DNA of 64,000 nucleotides from Eledone cirrhosa (Eukaryota): NCBI GenBank assembly GCA_964016885.1, contig OZ024748.1, positions 40,300,001 to 40,364,000 of the forward strand, read 5' to 3'. Shown piece by piece: positions 9,106 to 25,700 of this stretch (position 1 is its first letter; each line of letters starts with the position of its first letter). The notes under the pieces were generated by a model. It saw only the letters and a program-made list of their open reading frames with translations, ran no database searches and was not told where the DNA came from. The position numbers and the translations under genes were made by a program.

Positions 9106-9827
9106 TGTTGTAGCAAAATCTAAGCATGCCTTGAACCTCGAGTGACACCTAAAGATCAAATTTTAGGTCACCACATTTATTGTGTTACAAGTTCATGCAG
9201 GTTGGGGGACAGGAAGTGACAGCTATATATAGAGCCTGTATCAAGTTATTTTCACCAGATACATCGGAGCATTACACCTATAACTAACTATGTAAGGATT
9301 TACTGCTATCAATAGACCCCAAGGGTCTACAGAGCCAGGGACATCGGAGCATTACACCTATAACTAACTATGTAAGGACTCACCACTATCAACAGACCCC
9401 ATGAGGTCTACAGATACACACAGAGAGATTTGAGCCCTACTACTACAGACCATGTACAAGCCACAGTGGTCTACAACCAATTATAGACCATTCAGAGGTA
9501 TACAAACCATTACTCTCTCTTACTCACTACGGTCTCAGAATTACTACCACGGACTCCAAATAACAACAACAACAATTATCTGTCGCTCGCTGTTTTCACA
9601 CCAACAACAACAACAGACTACAACAGCCTCCCATGAACAACAAAATAATATTGTCAATCTTTGCAACTTATGGTAACTTGTTTATTGTACCTTTTAATTG
9701 ATTCACGTGAAGTAAACCATATATAAACCAAATCATTTATTCTTTATATTCTTATTATTATTTTTATTCCATCTAATAATCATGTTACCACATCTAACAA
9801 CTGTTATAATCATTTCTAATAACTACA
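9106..9827 (+). mobile_element. Possible solo LTR
   Basis: Starts TGTTGTAG right after (TA)n and ends ...CTACA. TATA-like ctatatatag near 9224. Internal 80-bp tandem duplication (9261-9340 / 9341-9414). No PBS or PPT is visible. Confidence 0.4.
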
Positions 9828-10256
9828 TATAACCATCTAACTTCTCATTACCTTTCGTTAAATATATATATATATGTAGAGGTTATATTTAATTTGTTGG
9901 GATACAACAAGCAAAATATTTTTATAACTGATATAAAGCACTCAACAAATTATTGGAGTTAATATACAATATATTAACAAATGGAAACTATATTTATGAA
10001 ACCATATTTATTTCATTATACATATTTCAAGGGCCACCAAAGCAAACTATGGTGCGCTTTCATCAGATAAAATATAATATAGGTTAGTTTTATAAATAAA
10101 TATTGACATACCCTTAAAAAATGCAACCATTCTGAGTCAAGATGCATCACTGATTTTTCGTGTTTTATACTATCCATACTCTATTCTGTATGAATATTGA
10201 GTGCTAATTTTGGTATACCGCCTATGGAAGCACCATAGCTACCATTATACACAAGT

Positions 10257-10313
10257 ATCATCATCATCATCATCATCATCATCGTTTAACGTCCATCTTC
10301 CACGCTAGCATGG

Positions 10314-10315
<2 letters not shown>
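10257..10315 (-). mobile_element. Very short RTE 3' tail insertion
   Basis: (CAT)n + cgtttaacgtccatcttccacgctagcatgggt, the same tail as 6479 and 7676. Confidence 0.8.
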
Positions 10316-10351
<36 letters not shown>

Positions 10352-10370
10352 GTTATATATATTTCTACAG

Positions 10371-10425
10371 CCACTGCTCAATAAAGACTTCTGCTGTTTC
10401 AACAGTATAGAGACATTAAAAAAAG
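10371..10425 (+). CDS. Candidate 55-bp internal coding exon (PLLNKDFCCFNSIETLKK+g)
   Basis: Acceptor atttctacAG|10371 and consensus donor aaAG|GTAAGT at 10426. Only the phase-0 frame is stop-free, which matches the phase-0 donor of exon 4676-4799. Confidence 0.5.
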
Positions 10426-10700
10426 GTAAGTTTAACACTTTTTATAGCAAATTATCTGAAACTGGCCCTGGTTCTCATAGAAAACTGCTTCTACTTATCT
10501 AAATACCTTCCATCATAATTTTATATGAGAACCTTTGTTAAATTATGATCCAAACAACAACTTAATGAGAAAATTTGTTATATTACTAAATCCCTCCAAA
10601 TTCGTGAACATTTTAAAAGTTATTGGTGGTGTTTTTCATAAGAAATGGTAATGAAACAGTTATGAAGAATCCTTGTTTGTTGCTGTTAATCAAAACACCA

Positions 10701-13700
10701 TATAGACCACACATATAGATCTTGTATAGACCATACATATAGATCTTGTATAGACCACACATATAGATCTTGTATAGACCATACATATAGATCTTGTATA
10801 GACCACACATATAGATCTTGTATATAGACCATACATATAGATATTGTGTAGACCAGACATATAGATCTTGTGTATAGACCATACATATAGATCTTGTATA
10901 TAGACAACACATATAGATCTTGTATATAGACCATACATATAGATATTGTGTAGACCACACATATAGATCTTGTGTATAGACCATACATATAGATCTTGTG
11001 TATAGACCATACATATAGATCTTGTGTATAGACCATACATATAGATCTTGTGTAGACCACACATATAGATCTTGTATATAGACCATACATATAGATCTTG
11101 TGTAGACCACACATATAGATCTTGTGTATAGACCACACATATAGATCTTGTGTATAGACCATACATATAGATCTTGTATAGACCACACATATAGATCTTG
11201 TGTATAGAACACACATATAGATCTTGTGTATAGACCATACATATAGATCTTGTGTAGACCACACATATAGATCTTGTGTATAGACCACACATATAGATCT
11301 TGTATAGACCATAGATATAGATCTTGTGTATAGACCATACATATAGATCTTGTGTAGACCACACATATAGATCTTGTATAGACCACACATATAGATCTTG
11401 TATATAGACCATACATATAGATCTTGTGTATAGACCACACATATAGATCTTGTGTATAGACCATACATATAGATCTTGTATAGACCACACATATAGATCT
11501 TGTGTAGATCATACATATAGATCTTGTATAGACCATACATATAGATCTTGTATAGACCATACATATAGATCTTGTATAGACCACACATATAGATCTTGTA
11601 TAGACCACACATATAGATCTTGTATAGACCACACATATAGATCTTGTATAGACCACACATATAGATCTTGTATATAGACCATACATATAGATCTTGTATA
11701 GACCATACATATAGATCTTGTATAGACCATACATATAGATCTTGTATAGACCACACATATAGATCTTGTATAGACCATACATATACATCTTGTATATAGA
11801 CCAGACATATAGATCTTGTGTATAGACCATACATATAGATATTGTGTATAGACCATACATATAGATATTGTATATAGACCACACATATAGATCTTGTATA
11901 GACCACACATATAGATATTGTGTAGACCACACATATAGATCTTGTATATAGACCACACATATAGATATTGTGTAGACCACATATATAGATCTTGTATATA
12001 GACCACACATATAGATCTTGTATATAGACCATACATATAGATCTTGTATAGACCATACATATAGATCTTGTATAGACCACACATATAGATCTTGTATAGA
12101 CCACACATATAGATCTTGTATATAGACCACACATATAGATATTGTGTAGACCATACATATAGATCTTGTATATAGACCACACATATAGATCTTGTATGTA
12201 GACCATACATATAGATCTTGTATATAGACCATACATATAGATATAGTGTATAGATCATACATATAGATCTTGTATAGACCACACATATAGATCTTGTATA
12301 GACCATACATATAGATCTTGTATATAGACCACACATATAGATCTTGTATATAGACCATACATATAGATCTTGTGTAGACCACACATATAGATATTGTGTA
12401 GACCATACATATAGATCTTGTGTATAGACCATACATATAGATCTTGTATATAGACCACACATATAGATCTTGTGTATAGACCATACATATAGATCTTGTA
12501 TAGACCATACATATAGATCTTGTATAGACCATACATATAGATCTTGTGTATAGACCATACATATAGATCTTGTATAGACCACACATATAGATCTTGTGTA
12601 TAGACCATACATATAGATCTTGTATATAGACCATACATATAGATCTTGTATAGACCATACATATAGATATTGTATAGACCATACATATAGATCTTGTATA
12701 TAGACCATACATATAGATCTTGTATAGACCACACATATAGATATTGTGTAGACCACACATATAGATATTGTATAGACCATACATATAGATCTTGTATATA
12801 GACCACACATATAGATCTTGTATAGACCATACATATAGATCTTGTATAGACAATACATATAGATCTTGTATATAGACCACACATATAGATCTTGTATAGA
12901 CCATACATATAGATCTTGTATAGACCATACATATAGATCTTGTATAGACAATACCTATAGATCTTGTATAGACCACACATATAGATCTTGTATATAGACC
13001 ACACATATAGATCTTGTATAGACCATACATATAGATCTTGTATAGACCATACATATAGATCTTGTGTATAGACCATTCATATAGATCTTGTGTATAGACC
13101 ACACATATAGATCTTGTATAGACCATACATAGAGATCTTGTATATAGACCACACATATAGATCTTGTGTAGACCATACATATAGATATTGTAAATAGACC
13201 ATACATATAGATCTTGTGTATAGACCATACATATAGATCTTGTATAGACCATACATATAGATCTTGTATAGACCATACATATAGATCTTGTATAGACCAT
13301 ACATATAGATCTTGTATAGACCATACATATAGATCTTGTATATAGACCATGCATATAGATCTTGTATAGACCATACATATAGATCTTGTATATAGACCAT
13401 GCATATAGATCTTGTATAGACCATACATATAGATCTTGTATATAGACCATACATATAGATTTGTATAGACCATACATATAGATCTTGTATAGACCATACA
13501 TATTGATCTTGTATATAGTCCATACATATAGATCTTGTATAGACCATACATATAGATCTTGTATAGACCATACATATAGATCTTGTATAGACCATACATA
13601 TAGATCTTGTATAGACCACACATATAGATCTTGTATATAGACCACACATATAGATCTTGTATAGACCATACATATAGATCTTGTATAGACCATACATATA

Positions 13701-16700
13701 GATCTTGTGTATAGACCATACATATAGATCTTGTGTATAGACCACACATATAGATCTTGTATAGACCATACATATAGATCTTGTATATAGACCACACATA
13801 TAGATCTTGTGTATAGACCATACATATACATCTTGTATAGACCATACATATAGATCTTGTATAGACCATACATATAGATCTTGTATAGACCACACAAATA
13901 GATCTTGTATAGACCATACATATAGATCTTGTGTATAGACCATACATATAGATCTTGTATAGACCACACATATAGATCTTGTATATAGACCATACATATA
14001 GATCTTGTGTATAGACCATACATATAGATATTGTATATAGAACACACATATAGATATTGTGTATAGACCACACATATAGATCTTATGTTGACCATACATA
14101 TAGATCTTGTAAATAGACCATACATATAGATCTTGTATAGACCATACATATAGATCTTGTATAGACCATACATATAAATCTTGTGTATAGACCACACATA
14201 TAGATCTTGTATATAGACCATACATATAGATCTTGTATATAGACCACACATATAGATCTTGTGTTGACCATACATATAGATCTTGTAAATAGACCATACA
14301 TATAGATCTTGTGTATAGACCATACATATAGATCTTGTATAGACCATACATATAGATCTTGTATAGACCACACATATAGATCTTCTATAGACCACACATA
14401 TAGATCTTGTATAGACCACACATATAGATCTTGTATATAGACGATACATATAGATCTTGTATAGACCATACATATAGATCTTGTATAGACCACACATATA
14501 CATCTTGTATAGACCATACATATAGATATTGTATAGACCACACATATAGATCTTGTATATAGACCATACATATAGATCTTGTATAGACCATACATATAGA
14601 TCTTGTGTATAGACCATACATATACATCTTGTATAGACCATACATATAGATCTTGTATAGACCATACATATAGATCTTGTGTATAGACCATAAATATAGA
14701 TCTTGTATAGACCACACATATAGATCTTGTATATAGACCATACATATAGATCTTGTATAGACCATACATATAGATCTTGTATAGACCATACATATAGATC
14801 TTGTATATAGACCATACATATAGATCTGGTATAGACCATACATATAGATCTTGTGTATAGACCATACATATAGATCTTGTGTATAGACCATACATATAGA
14901 TATTGTATATAGACCACACATATAGATATTGTGTATAGACCATACATATACATCTTGTATAGACCATACATATAGATCTTGTATAGACCATACATATAGA
15001 TCTTGTATATAGACCATACATATTGATCTTGTATAGACTATACATATAGATCTTGTATATAGACCATACATATAGATCTTGTATAGACCATACATATAGA
15101 TCTTGTATAGACCATACATATAGATCTTGTATAGACCATACATATAGATCTTGTATATAGACCATACATATAGATCTTGTATAGACCATACATATAGATC
15201 TTGTATATAGACCATGCATATAGATCTTGTATAGACCATACATATAGATCTTGTATATAGACCATACATATAGATCTTGTATAGACCATACATATAGATC
15301 TTGTATAGACCATACATATAGATCTTGTATATAGTCCAGACATATAGATCTTGTATAGACCATACATATAGATCTTGTATAGACCATACATATAGATCTT
15401 GTATAGACCATACATATAGATCTTGTATAGACCACACATATAGATCTTGTATATAGACCACACATATAGATCTTGTATAGACCATACATATAGATCTTGT
15501 ATAGACCATACATATAGATCTTGTGTATAGACCATACATATAGATCTTGTGTATAGACCACACATATAGATCTTGTATAGACCATACATATAGATCTTGT
15601 ATATAGACCACACATATAGATCTTGTGTATAGACCATACATATAGATATTGTGTAGACCACACATATAGATCTTGTATATAGACCATACATATAGATCTT
15701 GTATAGACCATACATATAGATATTGTATAGACCATACATATAGATCTTGTATATAGACCATACATATAGATCTTGTATAGACCACACATATAGATATTGT
15801 GTAGACCACACATATAGATATTGTATAGACCATACATATAGATCTTGTATATAGACCACACATATAGATCTTGTATAGACCATACATATAGATCTTGTAT
15901 AGACCATACATATAGATCTTGTATATAGACCACACATATAGATCTTGTGTAGACCATACATATAGATCTTGTAAATAGACCATACATATAGATCTTGTGT
16001 ATAGACCATACATATAGATCTTGTATAGACCATACATATAGATCTTGTGTATAGACCACACATATAGATCTTGTATATAGACCATACATATAGATCTTGT
16101 ATATAGACCACATATATAGATCTTGTGTAGACCATACACATAGATCTTGTAAATAGACCATACATATAGATCTTGTATATAGACCACACATATAGATCTT
16201 GTGTATAGACCATACATATAGATATTGTGTAGACCACACATATAGATCTTGTATATAGACCACACATATAGATCTTGTATACACCATACATATAGATCTT
16301 GTATAGACCATACGTATAGATCTTGTGTATAGACCACACATATAGATCTTGTATATAGACCATACATATAGATCTTGTATATAGACCACACATATAGATC
16401 TTGTGTAGACCATACATATAGATCTTGTAAATAGACCATACATATAGATCTTGTGTATAGACCATACATATAGATCTTGTATAGACCATACATATAGATC
16501 TTGTATAGACCACACATATAGATCTTGTATAGACGACACATATAGATATTGTATATAGACCATACATATAGATCTTGTATAGCCCATACATATAGATCTT
16601 GTATAGACCATACATATAGATCTCGTATAGACCACACATATAGATCTTGTATAGACCACACATATAGATCTTAGATAGACCACACATATAGATCTTGTAT

Positions 16701-19700
16701 ATAGACCATACATATAGATCTTGTATAGACCATACATATAGATCTTGTATAGACCATACATATAGATCTTGTATAGACCACACATATAGATCTTGTATAG
16801 ACCATACATATAGATCTTGTATATAGACCACACATATAGATCTTGTATATAGACCATACATATAGATCTTGTGTAGACCACACATATAGATATTGTATAG
16901 ACCATACATATAGATCTTGTATATAGACCACACATATAGATCTTGTATATAGACCATACATATAGATCTTGTGTATAGACCATACATATAGATCTTGTAT
17001 ATAGACCACACATATAGATCTTGTGTATAGACCATACATATAGATCTTGTATAGACCATACATATAGATCTTGTATAGACCATACATATAGATCTTGTGT
17101 ATAGACCATACATATAGATCTTGTATAGACCACACATATAGATCTTGTGTATAGACCATACATATAGATCTTGTATATAGACCATACATATAGATCTTGT
17201 ATAGACCATACATATAGATATTGTATAGACCATACATATAGATCTTGTATATAGACCATACATATAGATCTTGTATAGACCAAACATATAGATATTGTGT
17301 AGACCACACATATAGATATTGTATAGACCATACATATAGATCTTGTATATAGACCACACATATAGATCTTGTATAGACCATACATATAGATCTTGTATAG
17401 ACCATACATATAGATCTTGTATATAGACCACACATATAGATCTTGTATAGACCATACATATAGATCTTGTATAGACCATACATATAGATCTTGTATAGAC
17501 AATACCTATAGATCTTGTATAGACCACACATATAGATCTTGTATATAGACCACACATATAGATCTTGTATAGACCATACATATAGATCTTGTATAGACCA
17601 TACATATAGATCTTGTGTATAGACCATACATATAGATCTTGTGTATAGACCACACATATAGATCTTGTATAGACCATACATAGAGATCTTGTATATAGAC
17701 CACACATATAGATCTTGTGTAGACCATACATATAGATATTGTAAATAGACCATACATATAGATCTTGTGTATAGACCATACATATAGATCTTGTATAGAC
17801 CATACATATAGATCTTGTATAGACCATACATATAGATCTTGTATAGACCATACATATAGATCTTGTATAGACCATACATATAGATCTTGTATATAGACCA
17901 TGCATATAGATCTTGTATAGACCATACATATAGATCTTGTATATAGACCATGCATATAGATCTTGTATAGACCATACATATAGATCTTGTATATAGACCA
18001 TACATATAGATCTTGTATAGACCATACATATAGATCTTGTATAGACCATACATATTGATCTTGTATATAGTCCATACATATAGATCTTGTATAGACCATA
18101 CATATAGATCTTGTATAGACCATACATATAGATCTTGTATAGACCATACATATAGATCTTGTATAGACCACACATATAGATCTTGTATATAGACCACACA
18201 TATAGATCTTGTATAGACTATACATATAGATCTTGTGTATAGACCATACATATAGATCTTGTGTATAGACCACACATATAGATCTTGTATAGACCATACA
18301 TATAGATCTTGTATATAGACCACACATATATATCTTGTGTATAGACCATACATATACATCTTGTATAGACCATACATATAGATCTTGTATAGACCATACA
18401 TATAGATCTTGTATAGACCACACAAATAGATCTTGTATAGACCATACATATAGATCTTGTGTATAGACCATACATATAGATCTTGTATAGACCACACATA
18501 TAGATCTTGTATATAGACCATACATATAGATCTTATGTATAGACCATACATATAGATATTGTATATAGAACACACATATAGATATTGTGTATAGACCACA
18601 CATATAGATCTTGTGTTGACCATACATATAGATCTTGTAAATAGACCATACATATAGATCTTGTATAGACCATACATATAGATCTTGTATAGACCATACA
18701 TATAGATCTTGTGTATAGACCACACATATAGATCTTGTATATAGACCATACATATAGATCTTGTATATAGACCACACATATAGATCTTGTGTTGACCATA
18801 CATATAGATCTTGTAAATAGACCATACATATAGATCTTGTGTATAGACCATACATATAGATCTTGTATAGACCATACATATAGATCTTGTTTAGACCACA
18901 CATATAGATCTTCTATAGACCACACATATAGATCTTGTATAGACCACACATATAGATCTTGTATATAGACGATACATATAGATCTTGTATAGACCATACA
19001 TATAGATCTTGTATAGACCACACATATACATCTTGTATAGACCATACATATAGATATTGTATAGACCACACATATCGATCTTGTATATAGACCATACATA
19101 TAGATCTTGTATAGACCATACATATAGATCTTGTGTATAGACCATACATATAGATCTTGTATAGACCATACATATAGATCTTGTAAAGACCATACATATA
19201 GATCTTGTGTATAGACCATAAATATAGATCTTGTATAGACCACACATATAGATCTTGTATATAGACCATACATATAGATCTTGTATAGACCATACATATA
19301 GATCTTGTATAGACCATACATATAGATCTTGTATATAGACCATACATATAGATCTGGTATAGACCATACATATAGATCTTGTGTATAGACCATACATATA
19401 GATCTTGTGTATAGACCATACATATAGATATTGTATATAGACCACACATATAGATATTGTGTATAGACCATACATATACATCTTGTATAGACCATACATA
19501 TAGATCTTGTATAGACCATACATATAGATCTTGTATATAGACCATACATATAGATCTTGTATAGACTATACATATAGATCTTGTATATAGACCATACATA
19601 TAGATCTTGTATAGACCATACATATAGATCTTGTATAGACCATACATATAGATCTTGTATAGACCATACATATAGATCTTGTATATAGACCATACATATA

Positions 19701-22700
19701 GATCTTGTATAGACCATACATATAGATCTTGTATAGACCATACATATAGATCTTGTATAGACCACACATATAGATCTTGTATATAGACCACACATATAGA
19801 TCTTGTATAGACCATACATATAGATCTTGTATAGACCATACATATAGATCTTGTGTATAGACCATACATATAGATCTTGTGTATAGACCACACATATAGA
19901 TCTTGTATAGACCATACATATAGATCTTGTATATAGACCACACATATAGATCTTGTGTATAGACCATACATATAGATATTGTGTAGACCACACATATAGA
20001 TCTTGTATATAGACCATACATATAGATCTTGTATAGACCATACATATAGATATTGTATAGACCATACATATAGATCTTGTATATAGACCATACATATAGA
20101 TCTTGTATAGACCACACATATAGATATTGTATAGACCATACATATAGATCTTGTATATAGACCACACATATAGATCTTGTATAGACCATACATATAGATC
20201 TTGTATAGACCATACATATAGATCTTGTATATAGACCACACATATAGATCTTGTATAGACCATACATATAGATCTTGTATAGACCATACATATAGATCTT
20301 GTATAGACAATACCTATAGGTCTTGTATAGACCACACATATAGATCTTGTATATAGACCACACATATAGATCTTGTATAGACCATACATATAGATCTTGT
20401 ATAGACCATACATATAGATCTTGTGTATAGAGCATACATATAGATCTTGTGTATAGACCACACATATAGATCTTGTATAGAACATACATATAGATCTTGT
20501 ATATAGACCACACATATAGATCTTGTGTAGACCATACATATAGATCTTGTAAATAGACCATACATATAGATCTTGTGTATAGACTATACATATAGATCTT
20601 GTATAGACCATACATATAGATCTTGTGTATAGACCACACATATAGATCTTGTATATAGACCATACATATAGATCTTGTATATAGACCACATATATAGATC
20701 TTGTGTAGACCATACACATAGATCTTGTAAATAGACCATACATATAGATCTTGTATATAGACCACACATATAGATCTTGTGTATAGACCATACATATAGA
20801 TATTGTGTAGACCACACATATAGATCTTGTATATAGACCACACATATAGATCTTGTATACACCATGCATATAGATCTTGTATAGACCATACATATAGATC
20901 TTGTATATAGACCATACATATAGATCTTGTATATAGACCACACATATAGATCTTGTGTAGACCATACATATAGATCTTGTAAATAGACCATACATATAGA
21001 TCTTGTGTATAGACCATACATATAGATCTTGTATAGACCATACATATAGATCTTGTATAGACCACACATATAGATCTTGTATAGACGACACATATAGATA
21101 TTGTATATAGACCATACATATAGATCTTGTATAGCCCATACATATAGATCTTGTATAGACCATACATATAGATCTCGTATAGACCACACATATAGATCTT
21201 GTATAGACCACACATATAGATCTTGTATAGACCACACATATAGATCTTGGATATAGACGATACATATAGATCTTGTATAGAAACATACATATAGATCTTG
21301 TATAGACCACACATATAGATCTTGTATATAGACCACACATATAGATCTTGTATGTAGACCATACATATAGATCTTGTATATAGACCATACATATAGATAT
21401 AGTGTATAGATCATACATATAGATCTTGTATAGACCACACATATAGATCTTGTATAGACCATACATATAGATCTTGTATATAGACCACACATATAGATCT
21501 TGTATATAGACCATACATATAGATCTTGTGTAGACCACACATATAGATATTGTGTAGACCATACATATAGATCTTGTGTATAGACCATACATATCGATCT
21601 TGTATATAGACCACACATATAGATCTTGTGTATAGACCATACATATAGATCTTGTATAGACCATACATATAGATCTTGTATAGACCATACATATAGATCT
21701 TGTGTATAGACCATACATATAGATCTTGTATAGACCACACATATAGATCTTGTGTATAGACCATACATATAGATCTTGTATATAGACCATACATATAGAT
21801 ATTGTATAGACCATACATATAGATATTGTATAGACCATACATATAGATCTTGTATATAGACCATACATATAGATCTTGTATAGACCACACATATAGATAT
21901 TGTGTAGACCACACATATAGATATTGTATAGACCATACATATAGATCTTGTATATAGACCACACACATAGATCTTGTATAGACCATACATATAGATCTTG
22001 TATAGACCATACATATAGATCTTGTATATAGACCACACATATAGATCTTGTATAGACCATACATATAGATCTTGTATAGACCATACATATAGATCTTGTA
22101 TAGATAATACATATAGATCTTGTGTATAGACCACACATATAGATCTTGTATAGACCATACATAGAGATCTTGTAAATAGACCATACATATAGATCTTGTG
22201 TATAGACCATACATATAGATCTTGTATAGACCATATATATAGATCTTGTATAGACCATACATATAGATCTTGTATAGACCATACATATAGATCTTGTATA
22301 GACCATACATATAGATCTTGTATATAGACCATGCATATAGATCTTGTATAGACCATACATATAGATCTTGTATATAGACCATGCATATAGATCTTGTATA
22401 GACCATACATATAGATCTTGTATATAGACCATACATATAGATCTTGTATAGACCATACATATAGATCTTGTATAGACCATACATATTGATCTTGTATATA
22501 GTCCATACATATAGATCTTGTATAGACCATACATATAGATCTTGTATAGACCATACATATAGATCTTGTATAGACCATACATATAGATCTTGTATAGACC
22601 ACACATATAGATCTTGTATATAGACCACACATATAGATCTTGTATAGACCATACATATAGATCTTGTATAGACCATACATATAGATCTTGTGTATAGACC

Positions 22701-25700
22701 ATACATATAGATCTTGTGTATAGACCACACATATAGATCCTGTATAGACCATACATATAGATCTTGTATATAGACCACACATATAGATCTCGTGTATAGA
22801 CCATACATATACATCTTGTATAGACCATACATATAGATCTTGTATAGACCATACATATAGATCTTGTATAGACCACACAAATAGATCCTGTATAGACCAT
22901 ACATATAGATCTTGTGTATAGACCATACATATAGATCTTGTGTATAGACCACACATATAGATCTTGTATATAGACCATACATAAAGATCTTGTATATAGA
23001 CCACATATATAGATCTTGTGTAGACCATACACATAGATCTTGTAAATAGACCATACATATAGATCTTGTATATAGACCACACACATAGATCTTGTGTATA
23101 GACCATACATATAGATATTGTGTAGACCACACATATAGATCTTGTATATAGACCACACATATAGATCTTGTATACACCATGCATATAGATCTTGTATAGA
23201 CCATACATATAGATCTTGTGTATAGACCACACATATAGATCTTGTATATAGACCATACATATAGATCTTGTATATAGACCACACATATAGATCTTGTGTA
23301 GACCATACATATAGATCTTGTAAATAGACTATACATATAGATCTTGTGTATAGACCATACATATAGATCTTGTATAGACCATACATATAGATCTTGTATA
23401 GACCACACATATAGATCTTGTATAGACGACACATATAGATATTGTATATAGACCATACATATAGATCTTGTATAGCCCATACATATAGATCTTGTATAGA
23501 CCATACATATAGATCTCGTATAGACCACACATATAGATCTTGTATAGACCACACATATAGATCTTGTATAGACCACACATATAGATCTTGGATATAGACG
23601 ATACATATAGATCTTGTATAGAAACATACATATAGATCTTGTATAGACCACACATATAGATCTTGTATATAGACCACACATATAGATCTTGTATGTAGAC
23701 CATACATATAGATCTTGTATATAGACCATACATATAGATATAGTGTATAGATCATACATATAGATCTTGTATAGACCACACATATAGATCTTGTATAGAC
23801 CATACATATAGATCTTGTATATAGACCACACATATAGATCTTGTATATAGACCATACATATAGATCTTGTGTAGACCACACATATAGATATTGTGTAGAC
23901 CATACATATAGATCTTGTGTATAGACCATACATATAGATCTTGTATATAGACCACACATATAGATCTTGTGTATAGACCATACATATAGATCTTGTATAG
24001 ACCATACATATAGATCTTGTATAGACCATACATATAGATCTTGTGTATAGACCATACATATAGATCTTGTATAGACCACATATATAGATCTTGTGTATAG
24101 ACCATACATATAGATCTTGTATATCGACCATACATATAGATCTTGTATAGACCATACATATAGATATTGTATAGACCATACATATAGATCTTGTATATAG
24201 ACCATACATATAGATCTTGTATAGACCACACATATAGATATTGTGTAGACCACACATATAGATATTGTATAGACCATACATATAGATCTTGTATATAGAC
24301 CACACACATAGATCTTGTATAGACCATACATATAGATCTTGTATAGACCATACATATAGATCTTGTATATAGACCACACATATAGATCTTGTATAGACCA
24401 TACATATAGATCTTGTATAGACCATACATATAGATCTTGTATAGACAATACATATAGATCTTGTGTATAGACCACACATATAGATCTTGTATAGACCATG
24501 CATAGAGATCTTGTATATAGACCACACATATAGATCTTGTGTAGACCATACATATAGATCTTGTAAATAGACCATACATATAGATCTTGTGTATAGACCA
24601 TACATATAGATCTTGTATAGACCATATATATAGATCTTGTATAGACCATACATATAGATCTTGTATAGACCATACATATAGATCTTGTATAGACCATATA
24701 TATAGATCTTGTATATAGACCATGCATATAGATCTTGTATAGACCATACATATAGATCTTGTATATAGACCATGCATATAGATCTTGTATAGACCACACA
24801 TATAGATCTTGTATATAGACCACACATATAGATCTTGTATAGACCATACATATAGATCTTGTATAGACCATACATATAGATCTTGTGTATAGACCATACA
24901 TATAGATCTTGTGTATAGACCACACATATAGATCCTGTATAGACCATACATATAGATCTTGTATATAGACCACACATATAGATCTCGTGTATAGACCATA
25001 CATATACATCTTGTATAGACCATACATATAGATCTTGTATAGACCATACATATAGATCTTGTATAGACCACACAAATAGATCTTGTATAGACCATACATA
25101 TAGATCTTGTGTATAGACCATACATATAGATCTTGTGTATAGACCACACATATAGATCTTGTATATAGACCATACATAAAGATCTTGTATATAGACCACA
25201 TATATAGATCTTGTGTAGACCATACACATAGATCTTGTAAATAGACCATACATATAGATCTTGTATATAGACCACACACATAGATCTTGTGTATAGACCA
25301 TACATATAGATATTGTGTAGACCACACATATAGATCTTGTATATAGACCACACATATAGATCTTGTATACACCATGCATATAGATCTTGTATAGACCATA
25401 CATATAGATCTTGTGTATAGACCACACATATAGATCTTGTATATAGACCATACATATAGATCTTGTATATAGACCACACATATAGATCTTGTGTAGACCA
25501 TACATATAGATCTTGTAAATAGACTATACATATAGATCTTGTGTATAGACCATACATATAGATCTTGTATAGACCATACATATAGATCTTGTATAGACCA
25601 CACATATAGATCTTGTATAGACGACACATATAGATATTGTATATAGACCATACATATAGATCTTGTATAGCCCATACATATAGATCTTGTATAGACCATA

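Noticed and set aside
10047-10238. 9-bp inverted repeat ctatggtgc/gcaccatag as a MITE
   Set aside because: Too short, with no TSD or other support.
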